A DNA stretch of 37,170 bases, from contig SDNY01000026.1 in NCBI GenBank assembly GCA_004524535.1, forward strand, positions 1-37,170, read 5' to 3'. The notes under the pieces were generated by a model that saw only the letters and a list, made by a program, of their open reading frames with translations, was not told the origin of the DNA and did not search any database. Source of the DNA: Promethearchaeota archaeon (GTDB taxonomy: Archaea; Asgardarchaeota; Lokiarchaeia; Sigyniarchaeales; SOKP01). A program made the translations under genes and the position numbers. This document shows positions 27,509 through 35,880 of the stretch, piece by piece; the first letter of the stretch is position 1; every line of letters starts with the position of its first letter.

Positions 27509-28564
27509 GTGGTGTTAATGACAGATAAAATTAAAGAAGCTTGGTCAGGACCAGGAAGAAAAGATGAGAAAATTACTGTATTCGACCCTAAATTTGATGC
27601 TCTACATATTGATATAAATAAGAAAGGAAATTCTGAATGGTGGTATTTTGATGCTCGTCTTGACAATGGTTATACTGTGGTTGGATTTTTTTGGGCAAAA
27701 CACCAGCGAACTGGAAAAGTTGCCGTAGAAATCGATATATATAAACCCAATGGAGAGAAAATCCAAAATACATACAATTATCTCCAATCAGATATGAAAG
27801 TTTCACGAGAAATTGCTGATGTTAGGATAGGCAAGAATTACTTAAAAGTGGATTCTTCAAATCAGAAATTACTTCAATATGAAATTTTTTTAGATGAAGG
27901 AGAATATGGAATGCACCTGAACTATACTGCTCAAGTTCATGGATGGATGCCTGGAAGAGGTTATACTGAGTTTAGAAATAAAGGACAGTTTGGTTGGGTT
28001 GTACCTCTCCCAAGAGCTCATGTAGAAGGAACTATAAAAGTAAATAATGAGACTATTGAAGTTAAAGGAGTTGGATATCATGATCATAATTGGATAAATT
28101 TCAATCTTGCTAGAATTGTAGATTATTGGTATTGGGGACGCCTTTACTCAGAAAATTTTACCCTTATTTATGCTTATATTCAATGCAGTAAAAAGATGGA
28201 TAACCATGCTATTAAAGTGCTTATGCTTGCGAAGAATGAAAATATTATTCTTAGTACTGGAGAATATGATTTGATACAAGAAAATTTTCAATATAATGAT
28301 AAAGTAGAAAATAGATATCCAAAAACTATAGTATTCAAACTTCCAAACGGGAATCAAATCAATTTAAATGTTCAGGAAATCATTGATGCTGATAGTTTGC
28401 TTTTAGAATTAAGTCCAGTTTTACGATTTATCGCTAAAAACCTCTTAAAACTCAGATCTGGTTATTTTAGGTTTAGTTCTAATTTCGATATCACTTTTAA
28501 TTATGAAGGAACTGCATATAAAGAAACGGGAACTACGCTCCATGAAATGGTAATAATTAAATAG
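27509..28564 (+). CDS. CrtC/lipocalin-like hydratase (carotenoid 1,2-hydratase / tocopherol cyclase-like fold)
   Basis: SEWWYFDA, GWVVPLPRAHVEG, GVGYHDHNW, WYWGR; start may be ATG a few codons in. Confidence 0.7.
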   Translation: MVLMTDKIKEAWSGPGRKDEKITVFDPKFDALHIDINKKGNSEWWYFDARLDNGYTVVGFFWAKHQRTGKVAVEIDIYKPNGEKIQNTYNYLQSDMKVSREIADVRIGKNYLKVDSSNQKLLQYEIFLDEGEYGMHLNYTAQVHGWMPGRGYTEFRNKGQFGWVVPLPRAHVEGTIKVNNETIEVKGVGYHDHNWINFNLARIVDYWYWGRLYSENFTLIYAYIQCSKKMDNHAIKVLMLAKNENIILSTGEYDLIQENFQYNDKVENRYPKTIVFKLPNGNQINLNVQEIIDADSLLLELSPVLRFIAKNLLKLRSGYFRFSSNFDITFNYEGTAYKETGTTLHEMVIIK

Positions 28565-28591
28565 TATAAAATAAGTATAATGGAATAAAGC

Positions 28592-29011
28592 TTAGGATTT
28601 TAACAAATTTATTTTTTTAATTAGTTCCTCTGTGGAGAAAACAATAACTTTTTTCTGTCCTTCTTTTAACTTTTTATCATTCGACCAAACGTTAGAATTG
28701 AGTGCTAATGCAAGGGCTAAATAGATGGTATCTTTCGGATCAGGAGATATCTTTTCTGCTTTCTCGATTAAAGGAGTTATTTCTTTTTTAGGAACGATTG
28801 TAATTTGTTCTTTTAATAAATCCAAAAATTGGTTAAATTCTTTATTAGAACGATGAGTTTTTTTAAGAATTAGATCTTTATATTTAGAGAATTCCTCAAA
28901 TAAAAATTCGGGAGCAAATAATTGTAGTTTGTCACTAATTAAGAGTTCTGCGGTTGATCCTTCTTTAATTAATGCGGCAAAAAGGATATTAGCGTCAACC
29001 ACTAATTTCAT
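28592..29011 (-). CDS. PIN-domain (VapC-like) toxin
   Basis: VVDANILFAALI, DPKDTIYLALA, WSNDKKL acidic PIN motifs. Confidence 0.88.
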   Translation of the reverse strand: MKLVVDANILFAALIKEGSTAELLISDKLQLFAPEFLFEEFSKYKDLILKKTHRSNKEFNQFLDLLKEQITIVPKKEITPLIEKAEKISPDPKDTIYLALALALNSNVWSNDKKLKEGQKKVIVFSTEELIKKINLLKS

Positions 29012-29238
29012 TTTTGTTCACTTTTATAACGCTTAATTAAGTGCTCACTTATTTCTTTTCCAAGTTTTAGGGCATCTTCAGGTGTAATATCGCTATCTAT
29101 ATTAAACCCCTTCAAAAAATTTAGTTGAGTAATTTTTCTCTTTATTGAATCTCTTGCGACTTCAGACCAGTTTATTTCTGGAAATTTTTCCATTGCTTCC
29201 TTTAGTTCTTTAGGAATAGATAAAGTTAAATTTGCCAT
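29008..29238 (-). CDS. Ribbon-helix-helix antitoxin (VapB-like)
   Basis: MANLTLSIPKELKEAM...INWSEVARDSI RHH pattern; 4-bp overlap with PIN gene. Confidence 0.8.
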   Translation of the reverse strand: MANLTLSIPKELKEAMEKFPEINWSEVARDSIKRKITQLNFLKGFNIDSDITPEDALKLGKEISEHLIKRYKSEQK

Positions 29239-29258
29239 GATAATTTCAGTTTGTTTTT

Positions 29259-29284
29259 ATGTGAATATATGTGAATTCACATAT
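29259..29284. promoter_or_regulatory. Putative antitoxin operator: perfect 18-bp palindrome ATATGTGAATTCACATAT (29267-29284) plus an extra ATGTGAAT half-site
   Basis: Read directly; lies 21-46 bp upstream of the antitoxin ATG, next to a TATA-like TTTTTAATA on the minus strand. Confidence 0.65.
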
Positions 29285-29377
29285 TAAAAATTATTTATTT
29301 TTAATAAAAAAAAAATAATTAATATCATATGATGAAGGCGACCGCAACGAAGAGCCATTAGAGTAGTCCGAAATATA

Positions 29378-30208
29378 TTATTTTTTGGTAAATAACACGT
29401 TTTTTTGAATATTACATTTCCTATCGAATTTTAACCAATTGATATCATCATTAAAAGCCATAGAATCTACCCTATGCATATATCCATCGTATCCGTAATT
29501 ATTCAAAAATAAATCGATAATCTGCTTCGATTTTTTGGGTTTAAACTCAATAATAAAATCAATAGAACAATCAGGATTTAACCATGTACTCATGCCATTT
29601 AGTATCTGAGGTTCGTATCTCTCGGCATCTATTTTAATCAATTTTATTTTATCTAAAGGTTCATGTATTAACGTATCTAATCTTCTCTGTTTCACCTTAA
29701 TCGAACTAACCATACCGGGAATCAAAGACAGCATAGATATTATTCTATTATTACATCCTCCAACCATATTGCCGTATTTTACATCCTTAAATATGACTTC
29801 TTTGTTTTCATCCCCGGCGGCGACATCGAGTACAATGATATTATCTAACCCGTTTTCAGTAATATTTCTTTTTAATAGTGACACATTTATTGGCAATGGC
29901 TCAATTGCATAAACTTTACCTTGCGGTCCCACGAGTTTCCCCGCAAGTATACTAAATATACCTTCGTTTGCTCCGACATCAATGAATATATCCCCCTCCT
30001 TTAACGTGTTTTTCAAATACATCATTATAGAAGGTTCGTATCTTTTGTTTAAATACAAAAGCCTGCATAGAGTACTATTGACAGTATCACCGCAAAATAT
30101 TAGACCCTCCTCAGTTATAATTTTTAGGTCTCGCCTTTTTCCAAAAATCATCATCGCATATTTCAATCCGAATTTAATTACATTTATCACATTTGATAAA
30201 GTCGTCAT
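29378..30208 (-). CDS. FkbM family SAM-dependent methyltransferase
   Basis: YEP, FIDVGANEG, AIEPLP, IKIDAE. Confidence 0.88.
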   Translation of the reverse strand: MTTLSNVINVIKFGLKYAMMIFGKRRDLKIITEEGLIFCGDTVNSTLCRLLYLNKRYEPSIMMYLKNTLKEGDIFIDVGANEGIFSILAGKLVGPQGKVYAIEPLPINVSLLKRNITENGLDNIIVLDVAAGDENKEVIFKDVKYGNMVGGCNNRIISMLSLIPGMVSSIKVKQRRLDTLIHEPLDKIKLIKIDAERYEPQILNGMSTWLNPDCSIDFIIEFKPKKSKQIIDLFLNNYGYDGYMHRVDSMAFNDDINWLKFDRKCNIQKNVLFTKK

Positions 30209-30257
30209 CGAAACACCTAAATCATTTTTTAAATATTTTCAAATGCAAAAGTTTTGT

Positions 30258-30893
30258 CTATGCTTTTTCTGCAGGTTTTGGAAATAATCGTTTTTTTAAT
30301 TTTGCTGTACTAGTATCAATATTGTATTCTACAAGATCAACTCTATCTAATTCTTGGACGGCCCTTAAAACCATGGCTCCTTGAATTCCGGTCGTGTTTT
30401 TTATATCATCTCTTGTCATTTCTTCCTTTTGACCGTGGAGGACGTGTAGGATCCGAAAATGCGGTTGACCCTGGAAAATTTTCTCTAATAATACAGAATA
30501 GATGGAAAGTAACGCTTGAATTCTTTCAAAACTTAATTCATGTTCTTCCATTTCCGCAGCAATTTTAGCAAATTTTCCTAATTCTTCTTTTACTTTTGCA
30601 TATTCTTCTAACAATCGCATCTGTTCTTCGGTCATTTGTCCTATCTTCTGATCTCGTTCTTGTTTATCTTTTTCTAATTGTTTAGTTTCGGCTTCTAATT
30701 TTTTTTTATCCAGCTCTAATTGAGTTTTCTCTCTTTCTAGTTGACTTTTTTCATCTTCTAATTGAGCTTTTACATTTCTAATATTAACTAATTCCTCTTT
30801 TGCTGTTTCTAATATATTTGGAATTCCTTGAATAGATTTAATCGTCTCATCAATAATTTTTAAAGTATCTTTTTCTCCTGACATTGAAATCAA
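30258..30893 (-). CDS. Coiled-coil protein with C-terminal winged-helix domain, function unknown
   Basis: Heptads KAQLEDE-KSQLERE-KTQLELD-KKKLEAE-TKQLEKD; C-terminal HFRILHVLH...MTRDDIKNTTGI...VLRAVQEL...LVEY. Confidence 0.65.
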   Translation of the reverse strand: MISMSGEKDTLKIIDETIKSIQGIPNILETAKEELVNIRNVKAQLEDEKSQLEREKTQLELDKKKLEAETKQLEKDKQERDQKIGQMTEEQMRLLEEYAKVKEELGKFAKIAAEMEEHELSFERIQALLSIYSVLLEKIFQGQPHFRILHVLHGQKEEMTRDDIKNTTGIQGAMVLRAVQELDRVDLVEYNIDTSTAKLKKRLFPKPAEKA

Positions 30894-30971
30894 TTTATAT
30901 TTTGATATTAAATAATTTAAATTTCCTAATAAATTAATAAGTCTAAGTAAACTTAAGTTATTTTATTTATT

Positions 30972-32198
30972 TTGACAGAGGAAGAAAAACCTAAAGATCC
31001 ACGACTAATATTTGGAGTCTCTATACCCGTTTTTATTATGGGATTAGTCTCTTTTTTTACGGATGTCTCTAGTGAGATGATTCAAAGCATTTTGCCACTT
31101 TTTATTCTTTCAATTGGCGGGACTGTTTTAATTTTAGGACTAATTTCGGGTATAACAACAGCAGCTTCGAACATTTTAAAAGGTGCTTCTGGGTGGACAA
31201 GCGATAAAATAAACAAAAGAAAACCTTTTGTGGTTGCGGGCTATACAATTTCGAACCTTTCTAAACCCTTTATCGGTTTTAGTCCATCTTGGGAATATGT
31301 GTTAGGATTAAAGACTATTGATCGTTTAGGTAAAGGTCTTAGAACCTCTTCCAGAGATACTCTTATTTCTTATTACGCGATTGAAAAAGGAAAAGCATTC
31401 GGAATGCATAGAGCAATGGATACATTGGGCGCAGTATTAGGTTCTCTTCTAGCATTCTTTTTTCTATTTATCGCATGGTCGTATTCTCAAATAATATTTT
31501 TTTCCATAATTCCTGGTATATGTGCTGTAATTTTAATATTAACCGTAAAAGATGTTGATCCTACTAAAATGGATAATACAATGTTAAGATATTATGGAAA
31601 ACAAAGGGTTGACAAAGTTGATAGAAACTTTATAAAATTAATTATAATTCTTGGAGTTATCGAATTTGCCAGTTTAGATATTGCATTCCTTATAATCCGA
31701 TCTGCTGATTATGTATCAATTGAATATATTTTCTTAATCCCTCTTTTTTATCTAATCTCTAATATCGTTTATGTTATTTTTTCTCCAATGACTGGATCGC
31801 TTTCTGATAAAATCGGACGCAAACCAGTAATTATTACAGGATTATCAATGTTACTAATTTCATGTATTTTACTTGCTTTTCCCGTAGTTGTTTCAACATA
31901 TTCTATTATCTTGATAATTTTAATTTTTATAATGTTTGGATTCTACATGGCATCAGTAGATCCTATATCAAGAGCCTATGTTGCTGACTTGGCAGGTAGA
32001 AATAAAAGAGGGCGTGCCTATGGATATTACTACTTATCAGTCGGGCTTATATCATTAGTTGAGTCCTTGATTTTCGGTTTAATCTATTATTTCTTTTCGT
32101 TTACGTGGGCGTTTATATATATTTCAATAATGTTATTTGTATGTATGATTGTGTTTATAGCTACAGATTTCTCTAAAATCATTCAAAAAAAGAATTAA
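30972..32198 (+). CDS. MFS transporter
   Basis: About 12 hydrophobic segments, GWTSDKINKRK and GSLSDKIGRK motif A, DRLGKGLRT. Confidence 0.92.
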   Translation: MTEEEKPKDPRLIFGVSIPVFIMGLVSFFTDVSSEMIQSILPLFILSIGGTVLILGLISGITTAASNILKGASGWTSDKINKRKPFVVAGYTISNLSKPFIGFSPSWEYVLGLKTIDRLGKGLRTSSRDTLISYYAIEKGKAFGMHRAMDTLGAVLGSLLAFFFLFIAWSYSQIIFFSIIPGICAVILILTVKDVDPTKMDNTMLRYYGKQRVDKVDRNFIKLIIILGVIEFASLDIAFLIIRSADYVSIEYIFLIPLFYLISNIVYVIFSPMTGSLSDKIGRKPVIITGLSMLLISCILLAFPVVVSTYSIILIILIFIMFGFYMASVDPISRAYVADLAGRNKRGRAYGYYYLSVGLISLVESLIFGLIYYFFSFTWAFIYISIMLFVCMIVFIATDFSKIIQKKN

Positions 32199-32209
32199 AA
32201 TTTATTGAT

Positions 32210-33478
32210 TTATTCTTTAGTCCATAAATTTGCTAAATGAATTAAAACTTCTGAGGCTTTTTGTAAGGCAAGTGTAGGGATATATTCTTTTCTTGAATGA
32301 AACAATAGACCCCCTGCAAATATATTTGGAGTTGGAATTCCTTTTGAAGATAATTTAGCACCATCAGTTCCACCTCTGATTGAGTGAATTTTAACCTCTA
32401 TTTCGGCTAATTTGATTGCTTTTTTCGCTAAATCAACAATTTTTTCTTTCTTTTTCAAATATGTAAACATGTTTTCATATTGGTGTTTAAAAGCTAGTTC
32501 TATTTTAAGACCAGGATAAAGAGCTTCATACTTAGATTTTAAACTTCTTAAATATTCCATTCTTTTTTTATTATTCTCCAATTCAAAATCTCTAACAATT
32601 AGAGCTGCTGATGCTTCTTCTTCATTACCTTTGAGATATGAAAGATGATAAAAACCCTCCCTTTCTTCAGTTTTTTCAGGGGATTCTGCTTCTGGAAGGT
32701 CGCTTAAAAATCGACTGGCGATGTGAATAGCATTTATCATTAATCCTTTAGCGTATCCTGGATGAACATTGAGCCCTTTAAATTTAATTACCACACCCCA
32801 AGCGTCAAAACATTCGATTTCTAATTGTCCCATTTCTGATCCATCCATAGTATAGCACACTTCGGGGAGCTTTTTTTTATTGATCTTTGTTGTACCCCGA
32901 CCAATTTCTTCGTCAGGTGTAAAACATATCACTATTGGACCATGTTTTAATTCAGGAAACTTCTGCCATGTAGCACAAGCCGTCATGATCTCAGCAATGC
33001 CTGCTTTATTATCTGCTCCAAGTAATGTATCTCCTTGAGATGTAATTATATCAAGACCTATATATTCTTTTAATTGAGGAGAATCTACAGTTGTCAAGGT
33101 TAAGTCAGTGTTTTGAGCGAACTTAATATCACCTCCATCGTAATTTTTATGAATAACCGGTTTTACATCTTTACCATTTACGGCTGGTGAAGTATCTAGA
33201 TGGGCTATTAGACCAATTGTTTGTACTTTTTCAAATCCTTTACTTGATGGTAAAAAAGCGTAAACGAAACCAAATTTATCGTGAACCACATCTTCTAGAT
33301 TAAGGCTTTTTAACTCCTCAGCTAATAACTTTCCTAATTCAAATTGATTTTTGGTAGATGGAAATGTTTTTGAAATCTCATCTGAAGTAGTCCATATTTT
33401 GACATATCTCAAGAACCGGTCAATGGAATTATTTAATAAAAATGCTTGAATTTCTTTTGAAATGCTCATTTTAATCAA
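32210..33478 (-). CDS. pepT: Peptidase T (M20B tripeptide aminopeptidase)
   Basis: IAHLDT, LLGADNKAGIAEI, FTPDEEIGRG, HPGYAKG, IRGGTDG, PTPNIFAGG..FHS. Confidence 0.93.
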   Translation of the reverse strand: MIKMSISKEIQAFLLNNSIDRFLRYVKIWTTSDEISKTFPSTKNQFELGKLLAEELKSLNLEDVVHDKFGFVYAFLPSSKGFEKVQTIGLIAHLDTSPAVNGKDVKPVIHKNYDGGDIKFAQNTDLTLTTVDSPQLKEYIGLDIITSQGDTLLGADNKAGIAEIMTACATWQKFPELKHGPIVICFTPDEEIGRGTTKINKKKLPEVCYTMDGSEMGQLEIECFDAWGVVIKFKGLNVHPGYAKGLMINAIHIASRFLSDLPEAESPEKTEEREGFYHLSYLKGNEEEASAALIVRDFELENNKKRMEYLRSLKSKYEALYPGLKIELAFKHQYENMFTYLKKKEKIVDLAKKAIKLAEIEVKIHSIRGGTDGAKLSSKGIPTPNIFAGGLLFHSRKEYIPTLALQKASEVLIHLANLWTKE

Positions 33479-33557
33479 AAAATAATCATCTATTTTTGCA
33501 ATTTAATTGATATGCAATTGTTTTTAAACATAAAAAATTATAGTAAAAGTATTAATT

Positions 33558-34145
33558 TTGGTGAAACAAATGGATATAGAAGATGCTATCTATAAAAGAA
33601 GAACAATACGTAGATTTAAACAAAAACCAATAACTTATGAAATCTTAGAAAAAATCATTGATTTTGCTCGCGTTGCTCCTGCTGCAAGTAATATTCAAGG
33701 CCTTGAATATGTTATTGTTCATACACCAGAAATGAGGGAAAAATTATTCCCATTGGTAAGATGGGCTGCCTCACTTCCCCAAAATGAAAGGGTTCCAGAG
33801 GTCAACAGGCGTCCTACAGCTTACATTATTACCCTTGTAAATACTAATATAAAGAAAAGCTATTTTGATTATGATATAGGAGCTGCTGTTGAGAATATGC
33901 TCTTAGGTGCGGTAAAATATGGAATAGGAGGGTGTTGGATGGGAGCAATTGATGCAAAAGGAATTAGAGCGCTATTTGAAATTCCTGATTATTATGAAAT
34001 TACACATGTAATAAGTTTGGGCTTTCCCGATGAGGAATCAGTCGTAGAACAATATAAAGAATCTTTTAAATATTGGAAAGACGATAAAGGTGTAATGCAT
34101 ATTCCTAAAAGGGCTTTAAAAGATATTATTTTTAAGATTTATTGA
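33558..34145 (+). CDS. Nitroreductase family protein
   Basis: AIYKRRTIRRF, APAASNIQ, DIGAAVENMLL, GIGGCWMG, ISLGFP; start possibly ATG 33570. Confidence 0.92.
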   Translation: MVKQMDIEDAIYKRRTIRRFKQKPITYEILEKIIDFARVAPAASNIQGLEYVIVHTPEMREKLFPLVRWAASLPQNERVPEVNRRPTAYIITLVNTNIKKSYFDYDIGAAVENMLLGAVKYGIGGCWMGAIDAKGIRALFEIPDYYEITHVISLGFPDEESVVEQYKESFKYWKDDKGVMHIPKRALKDIIFKIY

Positions 34146-34311
34146 AGTATTATTTGTTAAATAATATATTATAATCAAAATAAATATATAAATAAGAATA
34201 AATAGAATAGTTAATATAGAAATTAAATTAAAATTTAATAACTAGGGTTGGATATACTTAATTTGAAGTTAAGAATCTAAAATTTGATATTGTTTTTGAA
34301 CATATATTCTT

Positions 34312-34319
34312 AAGGAGGT
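34312..34319 (+). promoter_or_regulatory. Shine-Dalgarno-like site of the GTPase gene
   Basis: AAGGAGGT 7 nt upstream of ATG 34327. Confidence 0.55.
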
Positions 34320-34326
34320 CAGCGGA

Positions 34327-34896
34327 ATGATAGATAAAATGGAGGAAATTGACCATTGGATTTTTAAGTTCGTTTTGCTTGGAGATAACGCTGTAGGAAA
34401 AACATCCTTAATTAATCAATATGTGGAAAAGAGGTTCGAGGAGGACTATAAACCTACGATAGGTGTAAGTATTGTAAAGACAAGCGTAATTCTCGAACAA
34501 ATTAAATCAAAAGTTTCCTTAATTTTGTGGGATATAGCTGGGCAGGAAAAATATCAAAAATATCGAAAATTTTATTTCGAAGGATGTGTGGGAGCATTAT
34601 TTATATATGATATAACCCGACCAACTACGTTTAATAATATCAAATCAAAGTGGTATGAAGATTTTAAAAATTACTTTGGGTTAAAAAATAATGTTTATCT
34701 TTTAATTGGTAATAAGAGCGATTTAGTAGATGAACGAAATGTCAATAAAGAAGATGGAAAAAATTTGGCAAATGAAATTAACGCTGCTGATTTCATCGAA
34801 ACGAGTGCTAAAAATGGTGACAATGTTGAAAAAGCGTTCTTAAGATTAATTCAAAAAGTTTTAGGGAATTACGAGGTAGTTTTTCAAATAGAATAA
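34327..34896 (+). CDS. Rab-like small GTPase (Ras superfamily; eukaryotic signature protein)
   Basis: G1 GDNAVGKTS, G2 PTIG, G3 WDIAGQE, G4 NKSD, G5 ETSAK; no C-terminal Cys motif. Confidence 0.93.
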   Translation: MIDKMEEIDHWIFKFVLLGDNAVGKTSLINQYVEKRFEEDYKPTIGVSIVKTSVILEQIKSKVSLILWDIAGQEKYQKYRKFYFEGCVGALFIYDITRPTTFNNIKSKWYEDFKNYFGLKNNVYLLIGNKSDLVDERNVNKEDGKNLANEINAADFIETSAKNGDNVEKAFLRLIQKVLGNYEVVFQIE

Positions 34897-34938
34897 CTTT
34901 TCTTATTTTATTAAAAAAATATTAAGAACCGGGAATTT

Positions 34939-34968
34939 GGAGTTAAACTATATCTTCAGTTTAATTTC
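34939..34968. terminator. Possible hairpin between convergent genes
   Basis: GGAGTTAAACT / AGTTTAATTTC stem (two G-U pairs) with 8-nt loop; AT-rich, so may be chance. Confidence 0.2.
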
Positions 34969-35004
34969 TTGATTTAAAAAAAGGAAAAAAAATGGATTTA
35001 TCTA

Positions 35005-35604
35005 TTACCAAATCTCGAATTTTTCGTCTATTTTTGCTCCGTAAACAATCAAGTATGGAATTACGAGATCCCAAACGCTTTGAAGGATATTAATTAAAAC
35101 TACTACAATAAGATAAGCTCCTAAAAACGCAGGAGGATATCCAAGCGCGAGATATACTACAATGTTAATAGGTACCATTACTACAATTCTAAGAATTATT
35201 CCGATTACACCGTAAGTCGCATAAGTTTTTGGTTCTTTCAAAGTTCCGCTACTAACATCTTTTTTAATATATCTCATTAGCAAATAGCTTGGAAGTATTA
35301 AAGCGAAAGTCGCAATAAATTTCATTAATGGACCAATGGGTGCAAAGGGATCAAAAGGCATAAGTAAAAGCATACCAATTACAGCACTAATTAATCCTGC
35401 TAAAGGACCGAATATTAGATAACATATAACCCATATAATAGAAATTGGATCAAAAAAGGCAAATCCTTCTGGCGTCCTCGGTAAAAATGCGGCTGGAAAT
35501 GCAAGAAGAAGTGATAATGCTCCAAATATGGCTCCTCCAACAATTTGTAATGTCAATTGAGATTTTTTTGACATAACACTTTCTTTTTCTTCAGTTTCTG
35601 ACAT
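35005..35604 (-). CDS. ECF transporter S component (substrate unknown)
   Basis: 199 aa, 5-6 hydrophobic segments, FDPISIIWVICYLIFGPLAG resembles the RibU/PanT-type signature. Confidence 0.7.
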   Translation of the reverse strand: MSETEEKESVMSKKSQLTLQIVGGAIFGALSLLLAFPAAFLPRTPEGFAFFDPISIIWVICYLIFGPLAGLISAVIGMLLLMPFDPFAPIGPLMKFIATFALILPSYLLMRYIKKDVSSGTLKEPKTYATYGVIGIILRIVVMVPINIVVYLALGYPPAFLGAYLIVVVLINILQSVWDLVIPYLIVYGAKIDEKFEIW

Positions 35605-35880
35605 TTTAAAATCATTTTCTAATTTTTTATAGTTTAAAACTAATTGAAAATTTGTTTCACCCTATTTAACAATTTTGGAACTTACAAAAACTTCATTAAT
35701 AGCGTTAATTTATTGTATAATTCATTAATATTAGCCCTTAAATTAATATTAATTCTGAGATTAATGATATTCATCATGAATAAAGCATTTTGTGAAGGAT
35801 TCAATTTGGCAAGATGCTAAAATCTAAGATCTTATCTACTCATTTTTGGATCATTTATAAAAATTTAGGAATAGACAATA

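Noticed and set aside
29320-29380. Hammerhead ribozyme, SECIS or integron attC interpretation of the GC-rich patch
   Set aside because: The core is ATGATGA rather than CTGATGA with no convincing stems, there is no adjacent Sec-containing gene, and there is no RYYYAAC/GTTRRRY pair
28592-30208. Mobile element carrying the TA pair and FkbM
   Set aside because: No transposase, integrase, terminal inverted repeats or target duplication seen
32210-33478. Inactive PepT because of GADNKAG instead of GADDKAG
   Set aside because: The first Asp and the other metal-ligand motifs (HxD, EE, D, H) are retained, and GADN occurs in active M20 peptidases
35605-35880. Riboswitch upstream of the ECF S component; palindromes TATTCATcATGAATA and AATTAATATTAATT
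   Set aside because: No FMN/TPP/cobalamin consensus recognised; such palindromes are expected by chance in very AT-rich DNA
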